A stretch of 64,000 nucleotides of DNA from Eledone cirrhosa. Lineage: Eukaryota. The position numbers and the translations under genes are program-made. The notes beneath the pieces were generated by a model. It was not told where the DNA came from. It saw only the letters and a list, made by a program, of their open reading frames with translations, and made no database searches. Numbering within the stretch: position 1 is the stretch's first letter; every line of letters starts with the position of its first letter. The DNA is taken from positions 81,530,001 through 81,594,000 of the forward strand of contig OZ024747.1 of NCBI GenBank assembly GCA_964016885.1, read 5' to 3'. Positions 1 to 12,393 of this stretch are shown here, in pieces.

Positions 1-16
1 CATTATTTATATTAAA

Positions 17-207
17 GATGGCGGTGGATTGGCAGTATCGGTAGAGAGTCGGACGCCATGCTTTCCAGCATAGTTACGTCCCTTTACGATCTGAGTTCAA
101 ATCCCGCCGAGGTTGACTTTGCCTTTCATCCTTACGGGGTCGATAAAATAAAGTACCAGTAATGCACTGGGTAATTGCTGGCCTTGTGCCTAAAGTAGAA
201 ACAATTA
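17..207 (+). mobile_element. tRNA-derived SINE (family A), full length, young
   Basis: A-box-like TGGCAGTATCGG, B-box GAGTTCAAATCC, conserved core GCCTTTCATCCTTACGGGGTCGATAAA (resembles a Deu/Nin-type SINE domain) and tail GAAACAATTAT. 15-bp TSD ATTATTTATATTAAA at 2-16 and 204-218. Many copies in the window. Confidence 0.85.
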
Positions 208-892
208 TTTATATTAAAATTTTGGAGGAAAATTTGTTATCAGACACGATGAAATTTATTTTAATACTAAATTTGGTTGAATAAGTATGGGAATTCAGTG
301 CAGATGTATGGGTGCCAATCCTAGGGTCTGCAGTTTCATTAGTAACTGTGTTCACCAGAGTTAGAAGGTCCTACAAGTAATATCAATGGAGGTGTCATAT
401 TTTTATGTAAACATCTTAAGACAAAATTATTGCAGAAGGGAATACCATCGTGATCATTTATTGAAGATAATGTGAATTAATATATTGTATAACTGATTAT
501 ATGTAGGACCAAATTAGCAGGTCAAGAGGCAAGGCAGCAATACACTACTGTAAGAAGGTCAGGAAGAAAATAAGGAAGCCAAAGAGAAGAGGGTAAAATA
601 CCAATACAAAAACATCATTACTGGGATAAAAAAGGGCAACAGCAAAGGTAATGAAAACTCAGTAATCCATCATCAGTGTCATTGAGGACAAAACATGGTT
701 GCTCCTCATAAACGAGACAGTTGTTATCAGAAGTTAATGAAGTGGTGTTCTTGTTCAATGACAGAAGATTTCCAGGAGAGAATAAGATATCAATAGAGCA
801 CCTAGAACATAAAGGGCCAAAACTCTTCAAGACACTGATAGTTGCCTGCCAGAAGATATGAGAAATGAAGGAGTGGCTAAAAGAATGGACCC

Positions 893-1076
893 AATTATTT
901 CTACTTTTGGCACAAGGCCAGCAATTATCCTAGTGTATTACTGGTACTTTATTTTATTGATCCTGTAAGGATGAAAGGCAAAGTTAACCTCAGCAGGATT
1001 TGAACTCAGACCGTAAAGGGCCCTAACTCGGTGCTGCAAAGCATGGCATCTGACGCTCTACCGATACTGCCAATCC
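893..1076 (-). mobile_element. SINE family A copy
   Basis: Reverse complement of 17-207 with moderate divergence. Confidence 0.8.
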
Positions 1077-1625
1077 AATATTTTATATATTATAATAAAT
1101 ATTCTGCTTTCTACATTTGCTATTTCTAGATTTGTCTTTGGCAATAATTTGTAACTCATGCTGGAGTATATTATTCAGCTTCTTAAGCATACTTTCAGAA
1201 AAACTTTAACTGAGTTTTTATATAGGATCCTATATCATTTTCAGTGCTTAAGCTATATGCATATAAATCAATTAGCTATTATAGAATACCAAAAAGGAGA
1301 GATACACATGCTCTCTTCAACATTGCTATTACCTTACACTACACTACCATATTGGCACTATATTTGACAATCACATATCATTACTTTGGTTAAGAGTGTC
1401 TGCTATACAACTAACAGCACCAGCCAAATTTATTGGCCAGTTTATTTTATATTTCATATAAGTTCTGTGCAACCTGGCAAGATTATTAATAAATATGTCT
1501 AGCTTGCGTTGATATAATCATGTTAATAAGAAAACCACTTTCTGTGAAAAATAAGAGAAGTAATATTTTTCAACTAAATTTAAGAAAAGTCAATATTACA
1601 TTTAAAAAAAAATCATAAATATATA

Positions 1626-1642
1626 TGTGTGTGTGAGTAAGT

Positions 1643-1731
<89 letters not shown>
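1626..1731. repeat. compound (TG)/(CA)/(TA)n microsatellite
   Basis: Seen directly. Similar (TA)n, (CA)n and (GA)n tracts occur at about 6610, 10867, 12876, 53115, 54687, 55057 and 55528. Confidence 0.95.
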
Positions 1732-2896
1732 TATTTATTATCTTAGTAAAATGTTTTATTAATATTAGCAATTTATAGATATTATTGCCATTTTCAAGAA
1801 GCACTTCATCTTGTTTTTTTATTGTATTATGTATGTTTGTGTGTGAATGCTTGTGTATATATGTATGTATATTCATTTTTTTGTAGGATTTGTAAGAATT
1901 TATTCAGCATCATTTTCAGATATTGGTTCCGGTTTTGACAGACAACGAAGAACATTTGCTTGTGTCAAGAATTTTCACTACATAGCTTTGTTTCTAAAAC
2001 TCTCTTCCCAACTGACACCATTTTCCTGTGACATCTTCAATATTTCAACTTCCCCAGTTTTATATGTCTATTCACCTGTCGTCTTTTGTGTTCTCTCTAC
2101 ATAAAAGGAGTGGGGATTTCTCAATGTCAAGTAAGATTGAAGATTCTAAAAGAAGCTACTGCATTTCTCATTCTTTCCTTTCTATATTTGGCTAAAATTC
2201 TATCCCTCTCTCTCACTTTTATTGTATATTAATCTCTCACTCTAGTCTTCTATTCTAATCACACAATTCTCTTTCCATTTTTATCTTCTTTTAAATACAT
2301 ATTCTTATACATATGCAATTCTCATGTATTTAATGTAAACACACATGCATGTACTTTTGCACTTGAAATCTGCTTTTCATTCTCTCATTATATTCCATAA
2401 ATGGGAGCTCTTCAATTCTGAATAATATGGAAAAAAATTATCATTTCATTTTTCTTTCTTTCTCTCATTTTATCTATAGTTCTTTCTATTCTTAATTTCA
2501 AGTTTCTTTATTTCACTTATATCATTCTCTTTTACTGCTTCAATCTCATATATCATTTTCACTATTTCTATCTTAGTACCCTATATACACATGACATTAT
2601 TTCAATCCTTTGTTATACTTTTTTCATTTTTTGCTGTATTTTTTAAAATAAGGGGAAAATTTCAAATTCCCCAGCAAAGCTGATCTAAGCAAACAGAAAA
2701 GAAATCTAGAGCAGGTTCATATAAATTCAAATCTATTTAGATTTCACAATATTGCTTCTCTCAAGAAAAATATTCCTAATGTATCTAAATTGATTTCTTA
2801 TTCACACAAGTAGATACTCAGGTAGAAAACTATATCTGCTGAACATTACAGACTCAAGATCTATGTACCGATGTTTAGACCCAATTGAAATAATAT

Positions 2897-3135
2897 TTAA
2901 ACTTTTTGTTACCATATTTCTAAGAATACACACTGCCTATGATTTTCAAAACATTTTAAAATTAATCAAGATCTTGGAGTGATTTAGTAAAATAGCTTTT
3001 TCATTATTAAGCTAGAACATATAAAGTTTCTTAGAAAAAGTTTTGATGGGAAATGTTTTAAATAAATATAAAATCTTTAAAACAAAGGGTTTTGTATTGC
3101 AAAATCAGTGGTAGTTTGGTAGCAAAATATGTAAA
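2897..3135 (+). mobile_element. TTAA-flanked MITE family 2, degenerate
   Basis: Begins TTAAACTTTTTGTTACCATATTTC...CTGCCTATGATTTTCAAA, shared with copies at 14670, 44166, 60739 (reverse) and 63570. Confidence 0.5.
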
Positions 3136-3689
3136 GCTATTTTCATAAAAATAAATATATTATTGATTATTTCACACTTTATTTAGGACTATGTAATTGA
3201 GTGCTCAAGTTACTAAAATACTGATGGTTTGTTTATGAATTCATTCCTTGCTATATTAGTTATCTCTGGTTTTAGGCAAAGCTGGTTACTCTACTTGCAT
3301 CAGTCGTAATGAAAACAAAAATCAAAATGCCTAAACTTACAAACATCATCTCACCAGTGATTGCATAGAAGAAACAGAATCTAAATATATATAAAAAAAC
3401 AAATCAAATAAACAGAATGTTAAACCTGTCAATGAATATGCAAGAGCTTATTTATCTGAAGAAGAAGCAGTGTTAGTCATCTTCATAGCTCTCTCAGACT
3501 GGGGAGACATTTATGCCCAACTTAATATTTTACCCATGTTTCTGGTTAAATGAAAACAACATGGGTAAATAGAAACATTCAGTGATCTGCAGTTCAGAAA
3601 AGAAATATAACTAATGTGGTGTTTAAATGTTAACAACAATGTGGGACATTGGTTTTAAAATGCATTGGAGGATAAGACTTTGTCAATCA

Positions 3690-4040
3690 GCTGTGTGACT
3701 TGATATTGAATGTCATGAATTGAGTTTGTGTGCAATCTACTTCACCAGATATCTTAAGCATTTCAGCTCGTATCCCTAATGAACCAACTGCATTCATATC
3801 AGTAATAACATTTTTGATAGTATAGCTGTCAGTATCAATGGCTTTGCTATCCATTGGGTTCACTTGGAGCAAGGACCCTCTCTTCCATGCACTCTACTCA
3901 TTCAACAACTTCTTGTAATAGCATTTTCATGCCTCTTTTCACTGTCAGTGATGGCATGTACATTGTTATGATTTTGTAAGGGAAGAGCACCATTATCGTT
4001 TCATACACACATACATGCTGCTATCTCCACTTGTATATGC
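3690..4040 (-). mobile_element. degenerate RTE-clade LINE ORF fragment
   Basis: GSLGIRAEMLKISGE aligns by eye with GPSGIVAEMLKVSGD of the RTE ORF at 48325-48762. Confidence 0.55.
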
Positions 4041-4229
4041 TTAAATTCACAATTTAAAACAACCGGTGATGGTCGTAAGCATAAGGAAATAGGATGCAAT
4101 ACCAATGTAGAATATAATATATATTTTCATTGTATAATGGTTATTACTCTTTATTGCTATTCTGAGTTTCATGAATGCTCATTAACCATACTACATATTT
4201 TCAAGATCAATGAGTAACAGGAAGTAATC

Positions 4230-4230
<1 letters not shown>

Positions 4231-4278
<48 letters not shown>
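4231..4278. repeat. (TAA)n microsatellite
   Basis: About 16 perfect TAA units abutting the R4/Dong-like element. Confidence 0.95.
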
Positions 4279-4279
<1 letters not shown>

Positions 4280-4894
4280 GAGTGTAAACACCTAGCCCAG
4301 ACTCACTATAAAGGCTGGAGACATGATGTGATAGGCAGGGTGATCCACTGGCATCTATGCAAAGTAAACAATTGACCACATTCTGAGAAATGGTATGAGC
4401 ATAAGCCAGAGTCGGTGATAGAAAACGATCAGGTGAAGGTGCTGTGGGATTTTAGGATACAGATGGACAAGAAATTAGAACAAAATAAGCCTGACCTGGT
4501 GGTTTTGGACAAGGAAAAAAGATCATGCATGATTGTAGATGTAGCCTGCCCATTCGACACGAGAGTGCAAGAAAAGATGAGGAAGAAAATTAACTGATAC
4601 CAGGATTTAAAGTGGGAGTTAAAAAGGATTTGGAACTGCCATGAAATCAAGGTTGTTCTGATTGTCATAGGCGCACTAGGTACTATGTCAAAGAGTTTCC
4701 AAGGATGGTTACAGAAGATTAGTCCAGCCCCACCTTTTGGAACACTTCAAAAGTATACTTGCTGGGAACAGCAAGAACCCTCCGATACGTCCTGAATATC
4801 TGAGGCTGCAGGTAACGGCTTGATATTCATTTCAACAAACTTTCCAGTTAAATAACATCAATGACTGAGACTCAAAAAACAATAATAATAATAA
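4279..4894 (+). mobile_element. 5'-truncated R4/Dong-like non-LTR retrotransposon (restriction-like endonuclease C-terminus), pseudogenised
   Basis: Frame from 4280 reads ECKHLAQTHYKGWRHD..IHWHLC..KWYEHKPESVIENDQVKVLWDFRIQMDKKLEQNKPDLVVLDK..IVDVACPFD..YQDLKWELKRIW..IVIGALG..LLGTARTLRYVLNI*. It shows the RHD and PD..D motifs, two stops and one frameshift, and is flanked by TAA repeats. Confidence 0.8.
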
Positions 4895-4898
4895 CATA

Positions 4899-5400
4899 TC
4901 ATCATTTTATGCCTGCTTTTCTATGCTTGCATGGGTTGGATGGATCCTTTTTCAGCACAGCATCTCTCTATTCATTGCGATCCTTTGATGTCTCTAATAT
5001 GAGCTTCAGTGAATTGAAAACAGCTTTCACGACCTTCCTCCAGGTCTTACTTTGTCTTTCTCTACTGAGGCTTCCTTCCACTGGTATTTCTTGGCAATTC
5101 TTCACCAAGCAATCATCACCCATGCACATCACATGTCCATACCAGTGCAGTCTTCTCTCCTGCACACAACAGTTTATCCATGCTTCGTCATTCATGTATT
5201 ACACATCCATTGAAGCATGCTTGCTTTGTTTCTCTCCAGCCCTTGCATATTCTCTGCAATCACTGCCCATTTTTCACTATCATGCAGCATTTTACATTGC
5301 ATGCAGGCATCATACAGCCAACCATTTATTAGTAGAGAGAAACCTTATGTTGTCAACAGGGGTAATAGCTCCCTAAACCTTTTACATTATGTTCTTCACA
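4899..5400 (-). mobile_element. RTE LINE 3' fragment
   Basis: ERRLHWYGHVMCM..KTWRKVVK motif; the 3' tail matches that of the RTE at 46855. Confidence 0.8.
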
Positions 5401-5934
5401 GCTAATTTGGTTACCTCGATAAAAGATATCAACCACTTCTATGGATCCTACTAAGGATTGAAAGCGGTGTATATTACTAAGAGTTGTACTATCAATTTTT
5501 GTAATGCATCTATTACATACAAATCTTCCTTTCCTGTAAGTGTACCTGCTGCTTCACTACACCTCTTGTGTACTCAAGTGCACTGTGAACAAAGAAAAAT
5601 TTAAAGATAGGAATATTTACAAATCCATATACTGGTTACAAGCCTTAAAAAAAAGAAACAAAATGAAAAAAGTAACAAAAGAAAAATACCCCTACATATA
5701 TTAGATTTAATTTCAAATTGTTTCCTCGGAGACTTAAAAATGCACAAATCAACATAAATTCGAAGAGAGGGATGAATCGGTTCAATATATACATGGATTG
5801 TAGAGATATATTGAGATTTAGAACTTCTTGGTGTATCTCAACAAGGTTGAACTCTTATTACATATCTGGGTGTATGTATATATATATGTGTGTATGTGTG
5901 TGCGTGTGTATGAGGGAGAAAGAGTGAGAGATTA

Positions 5935-6094
5935 TCTGGCCAGAATTCTCTCACCTCTTTCTATAACTGGCTGCTCATATCTATGTTAAGGTATTGTTCT
6001 CAAAATAAAAGCTTATAGATAATTATGTGAAATAAAGTGTTTACTGTAAAAATAGATAATAAATATAGAGTAATTGTATATGCTAAAGGGTTAA
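5935..6094 (-). mobile_element. piggyBac-type MITE family 1, partial, reverse orientation
   Basis: Ends TGCTAAAGGG-TTAA; internal GGTATTGTTCTCAAAATAA and GGCCAGAATTCTCTCACCTCT are reverse complements of parts of the copy at 14043. Confidence 0.6.
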
Positions 6095-6605
6095 TCCATA
6101 TTTTACTCAAACTTTCTGAAAATTACTTATGCAATGTATTTTTAGTTTTCTTTCTTTAAGAACATTAATTAAAAACAAAATAATACTATAAAAACAGAAT
6201 AATACTATATACTGACAATAGAGAAATAAAATGTCAGACTGAAAAATCTAACTTATTTGTAGTGATAGTATGTGGCGGGTGCTTGTATGACAGTTGGGGG
6301 TTTTCACTATGTTTAAGTTCATGTAAATTTTATACATGGAAGCGTATGAAGGGAATGTCTAAATATCCAATGATGTTGAACAAACAACTCATGAATTAGT
6401 TCACATCTGCTGCTACTACTACAGATATTTTAAGTCTTCGGTTAGACAATTGTCTATGATAAGTCAACTAAGAGCTAGTGACAGATATCAGCTAACTATA
6501 ATTGAATTGATTTGCATTCTATTCAGAAGGGAAATTTATCTTCCATCTGAATATTCTGAAATTCATAGCTAACTTTGTTCACTGCATAAAGACATTTTAA
6601 GTGCA

Positions 6606-6685
<80 letters not shown>

Positions 6686-6927
6686 GAAGTATAAGTCAAC
6701 AGGTTAGAATTACCTCATTTATTCATTACACTAATGTCTGTTGATTAACTAACACCTACCAAATATAGATATATAAATATATATTTCACATATACTTACA
6801 GTAAACATGTTGACTAAACGGGGTTGTGTATACAATGCACCAATCAGTGAATAATGATGCAATTCAATTCAAGCACTCAACATCATGTATTTTTCTTCCC
6901 AATATGATTTATCAGTCAGTAACAGAG

Positions 6928-7306
6928 TATATGTAGAATAAAGAAAATGTGAAGATCAGTGTAGATGTTAAGAGTCCTTTATTAACAAAACTGTGATACA
7001 TATTTCAATGTCATTGTGGTTACATGATTGTTCAATCACATAATTGGTCACACGATATCACCAGGCAGCATCTTTATGTAATAAGGTTACATTTCCGAGC
7101 CAATCCAATCTAAAGACAAGGAACAGACAGCAATTAAGTTTTCATAGCCAAAGTCTATTCATGCTGTCTGATGATATTGCATCACTGGTTACATGATTGA
7201 ACAATCACATAGACACAATCACCATTGAAATATGTATCACAGCTTTGTTAATAAAAGGACTCTTTAAGAGCTACACAAGATTTCACAGTTTTCTATTTTA
7301 CATATA
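6928..7306. repeat. long imperfect inverted repeat (arms ~145 bp), MITE/foldback-like
   Basis: AGAGTCCTTTATTAACAAAACTGTGATACATATTTCAATG on the left pairs with CATTGAAATATGTATCACAGCTTTGTTAATAAAAGGACTCT on the right. Confidence 0.8.
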
Positions 7307-7336
7307 TATAGTACTCAATATCGAAGTAGAGTTTTA

Positions 7337-7467
7337 ATATTCAATATTATTAAAGCTAAAAAAGTGCATCTTGTTACTCTGGCGTCTTTCTTCTTTATCA
7401 CCTGTGATAAACAGGCAAAACTCCAGAGTAAGAAGACTTACTTTTTAGCCTTAATAATATTGAGTAT
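7337..7467. repeat. imperfect palindrome
   Basis: TCAATATTATTAAAGCTAAAAAAG..TTACTCTGG pairs with CCAGAGTAA..CTTTTTAGCCTTAATAATATTGA. Confidence 0.75.
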
Positions 7468-7541
7468 ATATATATATATATGTTAGGTAATTCCGAAGAA
7501 AAATCAAAGGAAAAAAAAGTGCTCTATGTGTAGAACAGAGC

Positions 7542-7711
7542 TATTTAATTGGAAAGTGAACAACACAATATATAACTACTCCATTAGGTTTCAGGACCCT
7601 AGACAATATTAATATATTGTATATCCAGACATATATTAATATTGTCTAGGGTCCTGAAACCTTTGGTAATGGACTAGTTATATATTGTGTTGTTCACTTT
7701 CTAATTAAATA
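7542..7711. repeat. near-perfect palindrome (arms ~75 bp)
   Basis: GGTTTCAGGACCCTAGACAATATTAATATAT pairs perfectly with ATATATTAATATTGTCTAGGGTCCTGAAACC; the outer arms AAAGTGAACAACACAATATATAACTA also pair. Confidence 0.9.
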
Positions 7712-7850
7712 AATGTGTGTGTGTGTATACATATATGTATATGTATATGTGTGTGTGTGTGTGTAGCATTATCCGTAAGTGAGAAAAAGGAAACAGAAAA
7801 GCAATGTTCAATCAGGAAGAGAGTGGAGATATTATTTATTTATGCTAATC

Positions 7851-8056
7851 CATGAAACAGAAACAGTACCTCAGGTTTCAAGGTCCAATATTGATACTAT
7901 CTCCAAAATTTAGGCAGGATCAAAATCGTGACTTATCTTCAGGTGTTTATAAGAGCATAAGTGCCTGAAGATAAGTCACAATTTTGATCCCTCTAAAATT
8001 CTGGAAATATGATCAGTATTAAGCCATGAAACCTTAGGTAGTGCTTCGGTTCTGTG
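7851..8056. repeat. imperfect palindrome (arms ~100 bp)
   Basis: GGATCAAAATCGTGACTTATCTTCAGG (7917-7943) pairs with CCTGAAGATAAGTCACAATTTTGATCC (7964-7990). Confidence 0.8.
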
Positions 8057-8489
8057 TATGAACATAAATAAATATTATAATACACACATATATATATACA
8101 TATATAAGCATGTGTGTTTGTGCATGTGTGTGTTTGTATATATATATATATGTGTATGTCAAATAGGTTGAATTCCTGTGCATATTCCATCATTTTCTCT
8201 CAAGTTTCTTTTCTGTCTCTGTTCAATATCACATCTCATGGCATCATTTTTTAGACAAACCTCCTCATGCAATGGGCACTTTCCCTATCTAACTTCATGT
8301 CCCTCATCTTTCAGAAAATTCTCAGTCATGCATATAAATAAAGTACGACCACACTAACCCAGTCCATACCCTAAGGGTAGATAAGTGGCTTGTGTGAGCA
8401 GTTCAAGCCATTTACAGAGGGGCACTCAGCAAGGTTAGAAATAATGATTATAGTGAGGAATTTAGGGTACAAGTGGGGGTCCTATAAGC

Positions 8490-8690
8490 CAGGCATGTCA
8501 AACTGAGGGTCCCCCCGATGGCCACATGGGTCACATAAGTGTTGTCTGAGCGCCACACATGACAACTAATTGAGCACATTACAACTAAGTTTTTTATTTT
8601 ATATTACGAAGATAAAACATGCTTGTGCTGTAAAAACCTTTGCACGGGCCACAGGTGTGCTTGTAAAGGGCTGCATGTTTGACATGCCTG
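8490..8690. mobile_element. hAT-superfamily MITE
   Basis: Perfect 14-bp terminal inverted repeats CAGGCATGTCAAAC / GTTTGACATGCCTG and a perfect 8-bp TSD CTATAAGC (8482-8489 and 8691-8698). Confidence 0.9.
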
Positions 8691-9742
8691 CTATAAGCCA
8701 TACATCATATATATATTTATCGAGTGGTCTTGGATTTCCTACCTATAGTTGCTCGCACATTGCTCGGTTTGTTGTTGTTTTTTCGCTGTTTTGTTACTGT
8801 TTTCTCTTTTCTTCCCCTTTGCTTTCCTTCCCTCCTTCTTCCGTTTTCCCAATAACTTATCCAGTTATTGACGCCCTGGGGCGAGGTATATTGTCTTTAA
8901 AGCGTAGAAATATCCGAGACCCCCAGTAGACAACTGATGAGGAACACAAATTCTTGCTTTCTTTGTATTCCCACTGCATTTTAAGTTACCTTAAATAGCA
9001 ACTACACAGCCATTTCTATTCTCCATATATTTCCTCATTATATATATATATATATATATGAAAATTAGCAATCAAAAATAAGAAAATTTCATTTCTATCT
9101 ATATAAAATTTAACAACACAATTTAGGGTAACATTCCTTAAGTGATGTGTTAAAATGTATACGTGTATTTGTTTTGTTTAGAGAGAGAGCATGAGAGTGT
9201 GTGCATATGAGAGAGAGTGAGAGAGAAAAAGTGACAGAGAGAGTGTGAGAGACAGAAAAGGAGAAAGAGGGAGATTGTGTGTGTGTGAGAGGGTTTGTGT
9301 AATTACAGATATGCCAAAATGGTGCGTAAATCTCTGTATGATTCTAGAAGTGAAATCAAAATAAAGAATTAGACTAGGTATATTGTACATATAATTCATC
9401 ACCAAGAACCAAGATAGATTCAAAAGGTGCTAACAGCAGAACTAATGCTTAGGAAACATTGGAATCTTCTGAAGAATTCACCTGTTATTTTGTACTCTCT
9501 TCTATTATATATAAAAGTAGAGTTATAAGAAGTGAGCTATTGCATAATAGATGCACATTTACCTGTGCAAAGACATTTGCCTAACTACATACAGATATTT
9601 GTGTGAAATGTGTGTGGTTGTATATACATCATATACATCATCATAAGACAATATATGAAGGTAAATATAGCAACATACATGTTTGTATACATGAGTACAT
9701 GAACATTTATTTCATATATATATATATATATACAAATACTGT

Positions 9743-9992
9743 ATCATCATCATCATCATCATCAACGTTTAACGTCCGTGTTCCACGCTTGCATGGGTTT
9801 GGACGGGGGTAGTCCCACTTGAGGCAAGAGTGATTGTCTTGCTCGCATAGGACTGTCTGGCAGGTTTTCTACAGTTGGATGCCCTTCCTAACACCAACCA
9901 CATTTACAGTGTGGGTCTGGGAGGTTTTTACCGTGTTGCCTACACGGCCACATTACAGCGTGGACTGTGTGTTTTTTTTGTCGTGACACCTA
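9743..9992 (-). mobile_element. SINE-like family B 3' part (AGGAAGGGCATCC core, RTE-like tail, (GAT)n)
   Basis: Reverse complement of the core and tail seen at 46547-46818. Confidence 0.7.
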
Positions 9993-10146
9993 CACGATCT
10001 CATTTGTATATGTATATATATATATATATAGACATCCACATACCCATATATAGGAAAGCTAATGTTGATGCATACATATAAAATGCATATGCCCAGAAAA
10101 CTTCATGCAGACTCTTTCTTTCTCTTTCTCTCTCTGTCTCTATCTA

Positions 10147-10181
<35 letters not shown>

Positions 10182-10599
10182 CTCTCACGTGATTTCAAAT
10201 ACTGATAGTTATCATCATGCACAGATGTCGAAACAAACACATACAAACTTTCAATTACACGTATGTACCTATATACCTTTAATCTCACCTGCGATCTCTT
10301 TCACATTCATAACACTACAGAGACAAATAGAGAACATATATATACAGATATATGTCTTTAGTACAGACTGTACACACATGTAAATATTGGGAACTATGCT
10401 TACAGCTATACAAACAAGTAGCTGTTTATTCACTTATAAACATTTGCAAACCTATATGCACACAAGAAATTACACACTCAATGACAGACATGAACTCAAA
10501 TATACACACTTTAAAATAAATAGATTGGCACTGTATCTATCTATCTTTTTCCTTTTTTTTTTAACAAATCGACAAGATCCCAGGCATCATTTCCTTTGG

Positions 10600-10806
10600 G
10601 TTGGAACTCATCAGATTGGACAAATCTTATATTTCTATTGGTCTTTCCATTGCTGGTACTATCTACTGGTCACAACTCCTAGCAGAAGTAGCAATATGAA
10701 ATAAAGAGCCTTGCTCAAAGACATAATGTATTGCCTGATCTGGGAATCAAATTCACAACCTCATGATTATGAACTCAATTCGTTAACCACTAAGCCATGT
10801 GCCCTC
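10600..10806 (-). mobile_element. degenerate tRNA-derived SINE (family C)
   Basis: Reverse strand reads GGCACATGGCTTAGTGGTTA..TTGATTCCC..GTCTTTGAGCAAGG; a related plus-strand copy lies at about 44780-44880. Confidence 0.5.
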
Positions 10807-10865
10807 ACTAGAATGAATTCCTTTGGAGTGAATTTGGTATGTGGAGACTACACAAAGCTTGTCAT

Positions 10866-10926
<61 letters not shown>

Positions 10927-12169
10927 TATATATATATAAACACACACACCTACACATGTGTGTCAGATTAATGCATGCGTATTCATTGCCAATGCTTAAA
11001 GAAGCTGGTATAACTGATATATCCTTTGTAAAAGATACATCCCTCAGTATATCTGTTCAACAAAATGAGTGGTATATACCTTACAAATAAAATAGGAGTT
11101 GGCATCAGGAAGAGCATCTAGCCATAAAAGAAGACTGCCACAAAAAACCACATACAGCTCAAACGACCATAACACAATGATGAGGATGTTGAATGCTGAC
11201 ATAAATTCAAACTCACTCACACACACGGAAACAAATATAAAAAAATACATATTTAATCAATATAAATAATTTATCCCTTAATAAGTACAAGTCACCTTTT
11301 GATTGGTGAAAAGAATATACTGGAGGACACTGTGCTAAGTTCTTTAGTTTATATCATTTTCAGGAATTAGAAATGAAGGCTCAGTAGTTCTTTAATGAGA
11401 TTAGAACTCAGTTCTAGCAACAGCTAACTACATGGTTTATATCCTCTTGTATAACAACACTATACAACATCAAACTTGGAGAGGTTTTGTTAAACTGTAA
11501 TCTTTTGAATTTGTAAAAGATATTCTAAAATAATTTTAATATTTTGTATACATAAATTAAGTAGCAACAGCACTAACATGGCGTGCATAAGAATAAATGA
11601 GTATATGGACTCATATACAATATGTTTATGTATAACATATATATATATATATTCCTGCTACACAGTGCATAGACACTGATTACTGAGGTAGGTGTGATAT
11701 CATCACAGATTAAGATACTCACAGCAAGACTGTATGTATATTTATTATTCAAAAACACATTGGATATTGGTCCATATATATCTACAATGACACTTAACTG
11801 TATAGAACATGTAATATAAAGTATTTGAGACAAATGTAAGCTAAAAACACTTAGGATAGAAGGCAAAACATGAAATTGAAGCAAAATTTCAAAATAGAGA
11901 ACTATTAATGAAATGGGAAATTAGATTATCACAAAGAAGACTGATTTACTAGATGTTTTCCTACTATTGCAACATTGTAGCTGGCATATCTAGCAAATTT
12001 GGTAGCAATTTGCTGAAAAATTAATGAAAAATTTATTGGTTATCCATTTGGATTTCCTGTCCTTGTATGTTTAACTCAACATTACAATGATTCATAAATT
12101 TATGAAATATTTACCAGATACATTATAGGGAGATTTTTTTAAAATCCTGGGTAATCTGGTATATGTTAC

Positions 12170-12393
12170 AATATTAAAGAAAATGTAAAGGAAAAAGTGA
12201 ACAACCGAGCCAACACCAGAGCAAAAGACAGCAACGTCGCAAGGAGTACCGGGCAACCTCTCTAATGATTTTTTTGAAAAGCCAGCACACTCGCAGCGTT
12301 GCCTCGAGTGATGGCAAGGCTAATGCACTGGAATATTGTCGGGTGATGGCGAGGCTAATGCGCTGGTATATTGTTTTCGAAAGCCATACCCTT
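12170..12393 (-). mobile_element. CRE-clade-like non-LTR retrotransposon 3' end with internal 35-bp duplication
   Basis: Minus strand reads YQRISLAITR and FQCISLAITRGNAASVLAF, resembling the FQRxSxAIQRGNAASVLG terminus of CRE-type ORFs. CpG-rich relative to its flanks. Confidence 0.55.

Noticed and set aside
20-110. tRNA gene
   Set aside because: The A and B boxes belong to a multi-copy SINE with TSDs; no full cloverleaf is evident.
690-880. GPKLF..LPEDMRN LINE C-terminus-like remnant
   Set aside because: Too short and degenerate to call.
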